18,288 nt of DNA from Armatimonadota bacterium (GCA_043754515.1 JAYUUO010000029.1:1-18288); one strand, 5' to 3'. Counted from the first letter of the stretch, positions 1-9,532 are shown. Notes: a model not told the origin generated them from the sequence alone. Translations and numbers: made by a program.

Positions 1-489
1 CTGCTCCCGGTACAGGTAGGGGGCTCGTCGCCCCCATATCTCCCACCGGACGCGCTTCCCCTCTACGACCCGCCAGCCGACGAAGTGCCAGGTATGCGCA
101 TTCGCGATCGCCTGGCGGATCTCGGCCGCGTTCACTGGCGGGAGCGTTAGGCGCGGCGCATATAAGGCGGCGACTCCCACCACCGCAACTATCGCGAGGC
201 TGCCGATTAACCGGCGCGGCAGGATGGTGGAATGCCGACGTCTGGGCGCGAGTTCGGCGGCGAAGGCGGGCGGCGCGGCGGGCAATTGATCCACGATCCG
301 GGCGCGAAGCGACGCGGGGACCGGGGCATCCGCGAGCGTTCGTGCCGCCTAGTTCAGACGCGCGACCGAGCGGTAGTACGCGCGGCACCCGGTGCAACCG
401 GCCAGGTGGAACGCGGCGGACGGCGGGAACCGGCGGCTCCGCTCGTCGAGAGCGCGGGTCAGGCCCGCGCGAACTTCGTTACAACACAT
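1..489 (-). pseudogene. Zinc-binding (ZAS/zf-HC2) membrane anti-sigma factor, interrupted by in-frame TAG at 349-351; runs off the left window edge
   Basis: ATG at 489 follows a GAGGGG RBS and overlaps the sigma stop. MCCNEVR...HLAGCTGC carries the HxxxCxxC ZAS motif. After the TAG the same frame stays open for 116 codons: AARTLADAPVPASLRARIVDQL, a TM segment LIGSLAIVAVVGVAALY, then NAAEIRQAIANAHTWHFVGW. Confidence 0.85.
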
Positions 490-1141
490 GAATATTTCCC
501 CTCGGGGAGCATACATCGCCGCCCGGTTGGGGGGCAGCATCAGCGGTGGAGATAGGGTTGTCGCGGAACGTGGCGAGTTGAGTGCGCAAGATACACGTCG
601 CCCGCCAGAGCCGTGACTGCACGGTGCCGACAGGGATGCTGAGCAACAGCGCGGTCTCTTTGTAGCTAAACCCTTCGATCCGCGCGAGTACGAACGCCTC
701 GCGCGGCAGATAGGGTAGCGCGGCGACCGCCGCCTCCATTCGCAACCGCGACTCGTGTCGCAACCGCGACTCGTGTCGCAACCGCGACTCGTGGCTTTCG
801 CAGTGGGCGAGCGGGCCGGACTCCGGATCGGGGTCCGTTAGTGCCTCGTCCAGCGGCTTGGTAGATAGCACATCCCGGCGCGTGGTGGCGTAACGGCGGT
901 AGGCGATTCCGCAGAGCCAGATCGTGAGCGCGCCCTCGCCGCGCCAGGATCGGAGCGACTCGAACGCGGCGAGGAACGTCTTCTGCGCCAGATCCTCAGC
1001 TTCGGCGGCGTTCCCGCGACACAGCCGGAATAGCGGGTTGTAGACACGCCGCGAGTGCCGATCGTACAGCCGCCCGAACGCGCCGTGGCTTCCCGCGAGT
1101 ACTCTGTGTACGAGCCAACCATCGGAATCGAATGGGTTCAC
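479..1141 (-). CDS. ECF (sigma-24 type) RNA polymerase sigma factor, about 220 aa, possibly degenerating
   Basis: Sigma2 motifs AFGRLYDRH...AEDLAQKTFL...WLCGIA and sigma4 motifs ALP...REAFVLARIEGFSYKETA...IPVGTVQSRLWRA. Likely start is GTG at 1141 after GAAGGA. The longer upstream part of ORF 479..1723 is antisense to the 1331..1867 gene. Confidence 0.9.
   Translation of the reverse strand: MNPFDSDGWLVHRVLAGSHGAFGRLYDRHSRRVYNPLFRLCRGNAAEAEDLAQKTFLAAFESLRSWRGEGALTIWLCGIAYRRYATTRRDVLSTKPLDEALTDPDPESGPLAHCESHESRLRHESRLRHESRLRMEAAVAALPYLPREAFVLARIEGFSYKETALLLSIPVGTVQSRLWRATCILRTQLATFRDNPISTADAAPQPGGDVCSPRGNIHVL
740..793. repeat. Perfect 18-bp tandem repeat x3 (TCGCAACCGCGACTCGTG), encoding (HESRLR)3 in the sigma factor
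   Basis: Three identical units at 740-757, 758-775 and 776-793. Confidence 0.97.
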
Positions 1142-1330
1142 TAGAGCTAGGTATCCTTCGCCTGTTGAGTAGCGGAATCCCGCGTTTTGTTCGCTAGTGA
1201 TCGCGGCTTTGGGCGAGGTTACGAGATTCATTTTTCGGGTGGGCGGCTCATGTTGGGTATAATAGGAGAGAGGTAGCGGCCTCGTGCCGTACGCCACACT
1301 ATCCCGGTCACGAACGGGTGGAGTACCAGC

Positions 1331-1867
1331 ATGTTCATTCTCTACGGTATGTATCGGTTCGGCAAGAAGCGGATCGCCTATCGCAACGACTACTGTCTGA
1401 CCTGCGACGCGGTGCGAGTGGGGGAGCAGTACCGTACCACCGATGTCGGGCACCTGTTCTTCGTGCCCGTGTTGCCGCTCGGCTCCCACGCCCGCTGGCA
1501 GTGCGCGACCTGCGGGAATGATCCCCGCCACCGTGTGCGTACCTCGCGCCCCCTGCTGGTTGTTTTCGCGGTTGTCCTCGTCGCGATCAGCATCATCATG
1601 TGGCTCGGTCCATTGGTTCCGACGAGCGACGCCGCGATGATCTGGGGGATGCGCATAGTGTTCCCGCTCGGATTCGTCGCGCTGGTGGTGAACCTGTCCC
1701 GGCGCATGCCGGAAGTCGCTCACTCCGACCAGTTGGCGCGGGTAACGCCGCTCCCCACGGATCGGTGCATCTACTGCAACGGGCCGCTAAACGCGTCGGG
1801 CTACTGCGGCGCATGCGCGGTGCAACGGCTCGCTCTGCCTGCTCCGGCGCGGGCGATGGCACTCTGA
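1331..1867 (+). CDS. Hypothetical membrane protein with N-terminal zinc ribbon (zinc_ribbon_15-like), two TM helices and C-terminal CxxC..CxxC
   Basis: GGAG RBS at about 1320; CLTC...HLFFVPVLPLG...CATCG; two hydrophobic helices; CIYCN...YCGAC. TATAAT at 1258-1263 upstream. Confidence 0.8.
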   Translation: MFILYGMYRFGKKRIAYRNDYCLTCDAVRVGEQYRTTDVGHLFFVPVLPLGSHARWQCATCGNDPRHRVRTSRPLLVVFAVVLVAISIIMWLGPLVPTSDAAMIWGMRIVFPLGFVALVVNLSRRMPEVAHSDQLARVTPLPTDRCIYCNGPLNASGYCGACAVQRLALPAPARAMAL

Positions 1868-1901
1868 GTCGAAGTCGTCACGCAAACCGTGGCTTACTCT
1901 C

Positions 1902-2570
1902 TCAAGAGGTGGTGTATTCCCTGTCGAAAGGCGCGGGGAGGTAGGTCGCCCAATCTCCCGGCGCGGTCTCATATGGCTTGAGGCCGGGGAACGGGTCGAA
2001 TCCGACGTGCCCGAAGGCGTCCGCGATCAGTTCGCTACACGAGTACTTACCCGGCGGCGTGTAGTTAATATGCCAGCGCGTGAAAAGATGTTCTAGACCG
2101 ATGATGACGCCGACCGCGACATCGTACTGGTCGCCGATCCGTGTAGTCGCCCACGCTAGCGCGGCCTCACCCTTTCCGCCGGGGGCGGGGACGACCAGGT
2201 AGTCGCGTGTCCGACCCGCGAGGCTGTTTCTGTGGACACCTGCCGGACGCGCTTCGAGAACTGTATCCGCCCCGGCGTAGAAGGCAGCGTGATAAAACGG
2301 CGAGTGAGTAAACCACCGGATGATGTAGTCGCGCCCACGACGCGGCCGATAAAAGAGTAGGATGTCGCCGACGCGCGGTTGGCTGGACAGTTCGTCCGGC
2401 GCGGTGCCCGGATCGGGCACCCGCCTTTCGCGGAGCATGCCGACGCAGGCACCCGCGACCAGTACCGCGACCACCCCGCCGATGGCCAACGCCCACAATG
2501 GCAACCCGGCGCCGTTGGTTTCGGTGTCCGCGCGACCCGTGCTAATCGCCCCTGTGTTATTGCCACTCAC
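1902..2570 (-). CDS. Permuted papain-like amidase (YiiX/YebB/YaeF, permuted NlpC/P60) with N-terminal TM anchor
   Basis: RVGDILLF, FYHAAFY (His before Cys), YD, KYSCSELIADAF. GTG start at 2570 overlaps the TGA of the upstream gene (GTGA). Confidence 0.85.
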   Translation of the reverse strand: MSGNNTGAISTGRADTETNGAGLPLWALAIGGVVAVLVAGACVGMLRERRVPDPGTAPDELSSQPRVGDILLFYRPRRGRDYIIRWFTHSPFYHAAFYAGADTVLEARPAGVHRNSLAGRTRDYLVVPAPGGKGEAALAWATTRIGDQYDVAVGVIIGLEHLFTRWHINYTPPGKYSCSELIADAFGHVGFDPFPGLKPYETAPGDWATYLPAPFDREYTTS

Positions 2571-4660
2571 ATTTTGCCCCGCATCGGGGTACTTGTACCC
2601 GTGGGGCGGGCGAGCAACACACAAACGTCATCCTTGAACAGGCCGTCGGCGAAGTCCCGTGCCTCCCGCGTCACTTCGACACCGACTTGTCCCAGATCCG
2701 CGTGTTCCGGCGGATTACCACCCAGGGCATTTATTATCGCGTTCCCTAATCGTTCCAAACCGAACTGCTCCTTGCCGCCGCGCGTACGCGCTTCGGTAAT
2801 CCCGTCCGTCGTAATAGCTAAAATGTCGCCGGGTGCCAGAGTAACTTCCGCGACCGGGTAGTCAACGGCTGGACTGACACCTAGCATCAAGTCCGCCGCG
2901 TCCACCGCCTCCGCGACGCCCGTGGCCGCGCGGATTATGAGTACCGGATCCATTCCCGCCGCCGACAGCCGTAAACTCCCCGTGGAAGGGTCGAGGATGG
3001 CGAGGGTGAGTGCGACCATGGCGTTGCGGTGTCGTTGCTCCGCGCCCGCCGGTTGGGGACGCCACAGGTTGTTCGACTCGATCATGAAACGGTTCAGGTG
3101 GCCGAGGGCGAGCGCGGGGTCGGGAGACGCGCTACCGGACAGAAAACTGCGCAGGGCGAAGCGTACCTCGGCTATCGAGAGCGCGGCTTGTAGGCCGTGC
3201 CCGACCACGTCCCCGACTACTAGCGCGGCCTTGCCGCCGCCGAGCGGGAACACGTCGTAGAAGTCGCCGCCGACCGCCGCCTCGTCGGACGCCGATTGGT
3301 ATGCGATGGCGACCCGTAGACCGGGCACGAGCGCGGCGGGGATCGTCGGCAGGATCGTCTCCTGCAGGACCGCCACGATCCGGCGGTCCCGCTCGGCCTG
3401 ATCCTGGAGCCGCGCGAGGAGCGCGGTTTTTTCGGCGTACGCCGCCTGGAGTTCGGTCTGCGCGGTCTCCAGTTGCTCACGCCGGACTCGCTCCGCCGCC
3501 GCCTCGCGTTCCGCCCGTTCGGTCTGAAGCTTAATCGTCATCGCCACCATCTTCGAGCGTGCCTCCTGCCCGTATGCTTCCTTCTCCAGGTCATGGAGAC
3601 GACGGTGATGGTGTAACGCTCCGGCGAAGTCTGACTCATCCTGGAGTATCTCACTCAGTTCTTTGTGGCATTCGATGGTGTAGCTCTTCGCGCCCGTCGC
3701 TTCCGCCAGCGCGAGTGCTTGCGCCAGGTAAGTTTTCGCCTCGTCCGGGCGATGCTGGACGCACAGGATACGGCCCATCCAGAGCATAGCACTTATCTCG
3801 TAAGGGCGGTAGCGGGCGGCTCGTGCCCTTTCCAGTGCCTGAACACACGCATGGAGCGCGGAGTCGTGGTCGCGCTTTTCGCAGGAGATGCGTACGATCC
3901 CCAAGAGCGAAGCACTTATGTCGAACGGCATATTCAACCGCAGGGCGAGACGATAAGATTGTCCGTAACAGTCCTCCGCCTCGGGTAGACGCCCGAGATC
4001 CGTCAGTATATCCGCCAGCACCCGGTATATCTCCGCCGTCAGCGATGCATGGCTGATACGACGGGTTGCTAGCAGTGCCCGCTCCGCGTACTCCAGGGCG
4101 CGGTCCAGCTCGCCGAGCCGTTGCAGAACATGCGCCGCGCTCCGCAGACTCATCGCCGCGCCGAAGGGTATATCCGCCCGCTCCGAAATCTCGACCGCTT
4201 CCTGAAAATAGGTGATCGCCGTGGCCAGGTCACCCAGGTTGCTGTAACAGTTCCCGACATTGACCAGTGCCTCGGTCAGGGTGTGCTGATCCCAGGTAGG
4301 CTGTAGCAACTCGACCGCCCGCAACTGGAACTCGAGATCTCGTGCCGTTTCGCCCATCCGCTCCCGTACCAGCCCCAGGTGTATACAGGTCTTCCCCTCC
4401 AGTGCCCTGTCGCCGTGCTCCTGGCTGAGGGCAAGGCAACTCTCCAGAATCGCGAGCGCGTCGCCATACCGGTCCTGTTGCCGCGCCACGCAAGCCCGCG
4501 TATAGCCCGCGCGTACCCGCCCCCGTAAGTAGCCGATCTGCTCCGCCTGTGTTTCGATCACCGCCGCGAGAGCCGCCCCACGGTCGGAGTCTTGCTCCAG
4601 TAGCTCGTTGGCTTCCTTCAGCAATGCGTCCACGGTTTGTGTTGTTACTTCGGCGCACAT
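2567..4660 (-). CDS. TPR-repeat protein with C-terminal PP2C/SpoIIE (RsbU-like) phosphatase domain
   Basis: MalT-type TPR helices, a coiled coil, then VGGDFYDV, VVGDVVGHG, TDGITEAR and DDVCVL PP2C motifs. Confidence 0.93.
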   Translation of the reverse strand: MCAEVTTQTVDALLKEANELLEQDSDRGAALAAVIETQAEQIGYLRGRVRAGYTRACVARQQDRYGDALAILESCLALSQEHGDRALEGKTCIHLGLVRERMGETARDLEFQLRAVELLQPTWDQHTLTEALVNVGNCYSNLGDLATAITYFQEAVEISERADIPFGAAMSLRSAAHVLQRLGELDRALEYAERALLATRRISHASLTAEIYRVLADILTDLGRLPEAEDCYGQSYRLALRLNMPFDISASLLGIVRISCEKRDHDSALHACVQALERARAARYRPYEISAMLWMGRILCVQHRPDEAKTYLAQALALAEATGAKSYTIECHKELSEILQDESDFAGALHHHRRLHDLEKEAYGQEARSKMVAMTIKLQTERAEREAAAERVRREQLETAQTELQAAYAEKTALLARLQDQAERDRRIVAVLQETILPTIPAALVPGLRVAIAYQSASDEAAVGGDFYDVFPLGGGKAALVVGDVVGHGLQAALSIAEVRFALRSFLSGSASPDPALALGHLNRFMIESNNLWRPQPAGAEQRHRNAMVALTLAILDPSTGSLRLSAAGMDPVLIIRAATGVAEAVDAADLMLGVSPAVDYPVAEVTLAPGDILAITTDGITEARTRGGKEQFGLERLGNAIINALGGNPPEHADLGQVGVEVTREARDFADGLFKDDVCVLLARPTGTSTPMRGKM

Positions 4661-4681
4661 GGGATGACTTCCTGGCCTGGC

Positions 4682-4709
4682 ATTCTACTTATGGCAAGCA
4701 AGTATGCAA
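4682..4709 (-). promoter_or_regulatory. Putative sigma70 promoter TTGCAT-N16-TAGAAT for the TPR-PP2C/amidase pair
   Basis: Minus strand reads TTGCAT acttgcttgccataag TAGAAT, about 20 nt upstream of the ATG at 4660, with AGGA in between. Confidence 0.55.
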
Positions 4710-4735
4710 TTTCCGTACCAGAACCGATGTCATTT

Positions 4736-6745
4736 TTATTCGCCGACCGATAGGGCAACCGGACCATCGGTGCGGAACGGGAGCGCTGGCAGTCCGTCTT
4801 TGTTGTACAGGTCACAAATCGGGTTGTTCGACCAGGCATACCGTACCGCTACCGGCGCGGGTACGCCCGGCGCGGAGACGAGAACCGTGTCTCGGTCAAC
4901 GCGCGCCGTCGCCCAGACGAACTTACCGTCGCGCCCGGCGACGGCGAACCCTTTGAGCGCGAGCGGCGTGCCGCCTTTGGACACAAGCCCGCCGCCCCGA
5001 TGGTCGAACGACAGGCGGATCACGCCGCCCTCGATCTTCATCGCCTTGTAGATGGGACCGGAATACTCAACCCGCTTGCCGTATGTCAGCGCGAGCGCGT
5101 CCAGCGCGAGGCGACGCCCGACCTCCTGTTTATTTTTGGGGTGGATGTCGCCCGCGTCCCCGATGTCAATCGCGGTCGCGATACCGACATTCGGCAGTGC
5201 CTTCGTGGTCAGGAACTGCGCCTCGCGAAGCCGCGGCCACGGGTCGTCGCGCGGCTCGGTATCCTGGGGCATGTAGCCCGCAAGTTGCACGATGTAGAAC
5301 GGGAACCGCCCAACGCCGAAGCGGGAACGCCAGTCGGTGATCAGGGCGGGGAGAAGACGGCGGTACTGTACGTCACGCCCCGCGTTCGACTCGCCCTGGT
5401 ACCAGATGGCACCCTTGACCGCCATCGGCACCAGCGGCGCGATCATGCTGTTATACAGCACCGTGGGAACATTCGGGTTGTTCGTGGCACTAACGGGGTA
5501 GGCGGATGTCTTCTTCAGGTCGGCGGCGACCTGATATTTCCACGCGCCCGCGAGCGGGACGGGCGTGCCGCCGTCGAGAGTCAGCGTCATCTGTTCCGGC
5601 TTGCCATAAATCCCGCCTCCGCTACCCGTGTCGAGCACGCGCACCGCGATCACATTCCGACCAGCCCTCAGCACGTTTTCGGGGATTTTGTATCTCCGTT
5701 CCACGGCGTGGCCCTCTGTCGCGCCGACGCGGACGCCGTTTACCCAGGTCGTGTCATTATCATCAACCGGCCCGAGGCTCAGGAGTGCGGGCTTGCCAGC
5801 CGCCGCGTCCGGTAGCGTGATCTCGTCGCGGAACCAGACGATCCCGTCGAAATCAGGTAAGCCAGCCGCTTCCCAGTAGGTCGGCAAGATCATCGTTTTC
5901 CAGCCGGACGTGTCGTGTTCGGGGCCTTGCCAGCCGGTGCCCGCTACGGATCCGGGGTCGTTCGTGGCGTACCAATCCGTCATCTCCTTGGGCATGTCGG
6001 ATGGCGTCGTCTTTCGCGCGGAGGCTTCGACTTGTGCGACGGCACCCGCGAAGTCGGGCACGTCGCGCTTGAGGGCGTCCCCGCTCACCCAGGCTTCGGC
6101 GACTGTCCCGCCCCAAGACGTGTGGATCAGCCCGATGGGGACGTTTAACTCCCGGTTTAAGGTTCGCCCGAAGTAGTAGCCGACCGCCGAGAAACCGGAC
6201 CAGACGCCCATACCGACCGTGCCCGGACTACAGACGTTCCATTTACCCGTCACTGTGTCCAGCGCGTGATCCGACGTCACCCTCAGCACCGTGAACAGTC
6301 GGATGTTGGGATAATTCGCGCTGGCAATCTCGGCAGGCCCGTCCCGCGCCGCGCCGATGCCCATCTCCATGTTCGACTGGCCGGAGCAGATCCAGACGTC
6401 GCCGACCAGGATGTTATCGAGCGTCACGGAGAGCGGCCCCGATATACTCATTGTGTACGGCCCGCCGACCGGGAGCGGGGGCAATTTCGCCGTCCATCGC
6501 CCTCCCGGGTCCGCGATCCCGGTTGCCGACTTGCCCGCCACGCGCACGGTGACGGTCGCGCCGGGGGCGGCCCAACCCCAAACCGGCACGGGCACGCCGC
6601 GCTGTAGCACCATATCGCTTGCGAAAAGCGAGGAGAGAAAAGGTTTGGTTTCCGGCGTCTGCGCACACGCGGTAAATGTCAGCGTGGTGAGCGTCAGTGC
6701 CGACAGCCCGACCAGCGACAGTGCCGGGGAAGTTCGTTGTTTCAT
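4736..6745 (-). CDS. Secreted sialate O-acetylesterase (SASA/SGNH) with inserted beta-sandwich sugar-binding domain
   Basis: Signal peptide; DMVLQR, GDVWICSGQSNM, FSAVGYYFG, WGGTVAEAW, LSLGPVDD, WYQGESN and DIHPKNKQEVGRRLA motifs. Confidence 0.93.
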   Translation of the reverse strand: MKQRTSPALSLVGLSALTLTTLTFTACAQTPETKPFLSSLFASDMVLQRGVPVPVWGWAAPGATVTVRVAGKSATGIADPGGRWTAKLPPLPVGGPYTMSISGPLSVTLDNILVGDVWICSGQSNMEMGIGAARDGPAEIASANYPNIRLFTVLRVTSDHALDTVTGKWNVCSPGTVGMGVWSGFSAVGYYFGRTLNRELNVPIGLIHTSWGGTVAEAWVSGDALKRDVPDFAGAVAQVEASARKTTPSDMPKEMTDWYATNDPGSVAGTGWQGPEHDTSGWKTMILPTYWEAAGLPDFDGIVWFRDEITLPDAAAGKPALLSLGPVDDNDTTWVNGVRVGATEGHAVERRYKIPENVLRAGRNVIAVRVLDTGSGGGIYGKPEQMTLTLDGGTPVPLAGAWKYQVAADLKKTSAYPVSATNNPNVPTVLYNSMIAPLVPMAVKGAIWYQGESNAGRDVQYRRLLPALITDWRSRFGVGRFPFYIVQLAGYMPQDTEPRDDPWPRLREAQFLTTKALPNVGIATAIDIGDAGDIHPKNKQEVGRRLALDALALTYGKRVEYSGPIYKAMKIEGGVIRLSFDHRGGGLVSKGGTPLALKGFAVAGRDGKFVWATARVDRDTVLVSAPGVPAPVAVRYAWSNNPICDLYNKDGLPALPFRTDGPVALSVGE

Positions 6746-7034
6746 ATCTGAAGAATGCCTTTGTTGGGAGTAGTAAACTTATCATAGAGTAGTTCGGGGT
6801 GACGTGCCTGATTTCCTGTCTCCAGGCTCCGCGCAACGTAACCAAAGGCGTTCCCGAACGCGCGAATCTTTCCGCCCTATGGTCCGCGATTTCATGATAC
6901 CATGGTCGCGGCGTGGCTTTTAATGTATTGCCGCGCCGCCTCTCGTCCGCGCGGGCTTGCCCGCACCGTTATCGCAAGGCTTTTACGCGAGCAGCCTGTC
7001 CCGCCACGTCCGGGAGAATGCTCCGGGAAGGGAA

Positions 7035-8048
7035 ATGACCCGATGCAATGCCGTTTCTTCTCTGCCATCTCATCTAACTGACCCGCGCTCCCCGAAACCG
7101 CTCGCTACGTTCCTGACCCGTCTCGTCGAGGATCGCCCGTTTCGGGAAAGCACCCGCCTTCATTACTGCGACGGCGTGCGGTTCGTTCACCGCGTCGCCG
7201 AACTGCCACATTTACGTCCCGAACTGTTCGTCTACGCGCTGGAGATCGTCCGCCGCTCGACCCCGGCGCGTGTACTGCTCGATAGTATCCGGGAGCGACA
7301 CCCGAACGTGCCGCTGTACCCTCTGCCTGCCGAGATGCTCGGACGGCTTTCCCGCTCGCCCGAGCCGCAAGGGGTTGGCGCGGTGGTTGGTCAACACTGG
7401 ACGCCGCTGTACCGTCTCGCCCCGGACGCCGGGCTGTGTTATCTCGCGCTCGACACGGTGCGGAACCCCGGCAACTTCGGCACCGTGCTTCGCACGCTGG
7501 AAGCGGTCGGCGGCGCGGGGATGATCTGCCTGCCCCCGGCGGTGCCGGGTGCCGCGCCGGTGGACCCGTTCGATCCGGGCGTGGTTCGCGCCGCCATGGG
7601 TTCGACATTCGCGCTCCGGTTCACGCGCGCGGGTGGCGCGGAGTGGCGAGACTGGCGGCAAAAGCACGGCGTGACGCTGGTCGGGACGTCGCCGCGCACG
7701 GGGGCCGATTACCGCTCATTATGCTACGGCGAGCGGGTGGTGCTCTGGATGGGCGGCGAGCGCAAGGGGCTTACCGAGGCGCAAATGGCGGATTGCGACT
7801 CCCTGGTACGCATTCCGATGGCACCGGGCGCGACCGCCGATTCGCTGAACCTGGCGATGGCGGCGAGCGTGCTCCTGTATGAACTTTACAACCAGCGCAA
7901 TCCGGGTGGGCGACGGGCGCGCGGGAGGGCGCGTCACGCGCCCTCCGCTGTTCCCGCCGCAACGAGTCGAGCACGGGGCGGGTGTGGAATCGTCCGGTTC
8001 GGGTTCCCGCCGACACAATTTTACTCCTCTCTCATAGTCAGCAATTGA
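7035..8048 (+). CDS. TrmH/SpoU family RNA methyltransferase (SPOUT)
   Basis: PQGVGAVV, LDTVRNPGNFGTVLRT, VRAAMGS, GGERKGL and RIPM...DSLNLAMAASVLLYE. ATG at 7035 follows GGAAGGG; about 45-aa non-family C-terminal tail. Confidence 0.9.
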   Translation: MTRCNAVSSLPSHLTDPRSPKPLATFLTRLVEDRPFRESTRLHYCDGVRFVHRVAELPHLRPELFVYALEIVRRSTPARVLLDSIRERHPNVPLYPLPAEMLGRLSRSPEPQGVGAVVGQHWTPLYRLAPDAGLCYLALDTVRNPGNFGTVLRTLEAVGGAGMICLPPAVPGAAPVDPFDPGVVRAAMGSTFALRFTRAGGAEWRDWRQKHGVTLVGTSPRTGADYRSLCYGERVVLWMGGERKGLTEAQMADCDSLVRIPMAPGATADSLNLAMAASVLLYELYNQRNPGGRRARGRARHAPSAVPAATSRARGGCGIVRFGFPPTQFYSSLIVSN

Positions 8049-8094
8049 TATTGCGACAGAAAAACCTGCCTCCGCGCGGGTCGGTCAAAAAACG

Positions 8095-9507
8095 ATGCGA
8101 ATATCTCCCCAGGACATAGAGGCGTGCCTCGGTGTCCTGCAAAAGGTGGCGGATGACCCCGGCGGTGCCGACGGCCACGAGCGGTTCTACGGCTTGATTT
8201 CCAAGATTTACCGTGCAAAGGGCCGGGATCGCGAGAAGGCGCAACAGCGGCGGCTACTCCGCGAGGACCGTGTCCTGCAAGCGACGACGGCGATGGTGCG
8301 CTCCCAGCGCGACGTCGTGGGGCCGGAAGCGTTGCCGCCGGTCGCGGATTTGGATGTGCCCACCCGTGTTCTGAACGCGCCCGAGACCTGCTATATCTGC
8401 AAGCAGGAGTTTAACGAGGTTCACTTCTTTTACCATTTGCTCTGCCCGGATTGCGCCCGCACGAACTACACCATGCGCTACCAGACGGCGGATCTGTCCG
8501 GTCGCGTTGCGCTGATCACCGGCGGGCGCGTGAAGATCGGTTACCAGACGGTGCTACGCCTGTTGCGGGACGGGGCGAAGGTGATCGTGACTACGCGGTT
8601 CCCGAACGCTGCCGCGCGGCGTCTGACCGCCGAGGTTGACTCCGGTGACTGGCTGGACAGACTACGACTCTACGGGTTGGATCTGCGGAATCTGCCCGCC
8701 GTGGAATCGTTCGCCCGCCATTTGCTGGATACGGAGCCGTTCCTGGACATCCTGATCCACAACGCGGCGCAGACAATCCGCCGCCCGGAAGGGTTTTATC
8801 GGGAGCTACTGGAAGGGGAGCGGGACGCGGCATTGTTTCCTGACGCGCGCCGCTTGGTGCGGGGCGAGACCGCGATGGTGGCCTGCGCCCCGCATGACAA
8901 CGCCCGCGTGGGACCGACCGCCGCGGAGTACGCCGCGTCGCCTGCGCCACTTACGGTGATGCGCGACGTGCTCCCGCTCGACGCGTGGGCGGATAACGAG
9001 GAACGAGCCGACTCGCGCGACACGAACAGCTGGACGCTCCGTCTGGACGAAGTGGGCGCGCCGGAGATGGTCGAGGTGCAACTCGTGAACGCCATCGCGC
9101 CGTTTCTGCTCAACTCGCGGCTCAAACCGCTCCTGCTCCGGTCGCCGTCCGCGCGGCGGTTTATCGTGAACGTGTCCGCGATGGAGGGGCAGTTCTCGCG
9201 CCACAAAACCGTGTTCCACCCGCACACGAATATGGCGAAGGCCGCGCTGAACATGATGACACGCACGTCGGGCGAGGACTACGCCCGCGACGACATCTAC
9301 ATGAACAGCGTGGACACCGGCTGGGTCACGGACGAGAACCCCGCGCCCAAACGCGCGCGAAACCAGGAGGAGCGCGGCTTCTTCGCCCCGCTCGATATTC
9401 TGGACGGCATGGCGCGTATCTACCACCCGATCGCGCAAGGGTTAACGCGGCCCGAAGAGCCATATTTCGGCAAGTTCCTCAAGGACTACGTGCCGTGCCC
9501 GTGGTAA
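8095..9507 (+). CDS. Short-chain dehydrogenase/reductase with N-terminal Cys4 zinc-finger-like region
   Basis: CYICK...HLLCPDC; ALITGGRVKIG Rossmann motif; ILIHNAAQT; IVNVSAMEG; HPHTNMAKAALNMMTRT; MNSVDTGWVT. Confidence 0.9.
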   Translation: MRISPQDIEACLGVLQKVADDPGGADGHERFYGLISKIYRAKGRDREKAQQRRLLREDRVLQATTAMVRSQRDVVGPEALPPVADLDVPTRVLNAPETCYICKQEFNEVHFFYHLLCPDCARTNYTMRYQTADLSGRVALITGGRVKIGYQTVLRLLRDGAKVIVTTRFPNAAARRLTAEVDSGDWLDRLRLYGLDLRNLPAVESFARHLLDTEPFLDILIHNAAQTIRRPEGFYRELLEGERDAALFPDARRLVRGETAMVACAPHDNARVGPTAAEYAASPAPLTVMRDVLPLDAWADNEERADSRDTNSWTLRLDEVGAPEMVEVQLVNAIAPFLLNSRLKPLLLRSPSARRFIVNVSAMEGQFSRHKTVFHPHTNMAKAALNMMTRTSGEDYARDDIYMNSVDTGWVTDENPAPKRARNQEERGFFAPLDILDGMARIYHPIAQGLTRPEEPYFGKFLKDYVPCPW

Positions 9508-9532
9508 CAGCACCCCTAAGCTTACCGCCAAA

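Noticed and set aside
740..793. CRISPR array
   Set aside because: Contiguous 18-bp units with no spacers, inside a CDS, and no cas genes.
1167..1193. Autoregulatory ECF promoter (GAAC-N16-CTAC, minus strand)
   Set aside because: Spacing is plausible but the motif is too short to support without the sigma group consensus.
1142..1723. N-terminal 190-aa extension of the sigma factor ORF
   Set aside because: Mostly the antisense shadow of the 1331..1867 gene; sigma homology starts near 1141.
4549..9438. Many overlapping alternative-frame ORFs (e.g. 5000..5815, 8806..9438)
   Set aside because: Typical GC-rich shadow ORFs overlapping well-supported genes, with no motifs.
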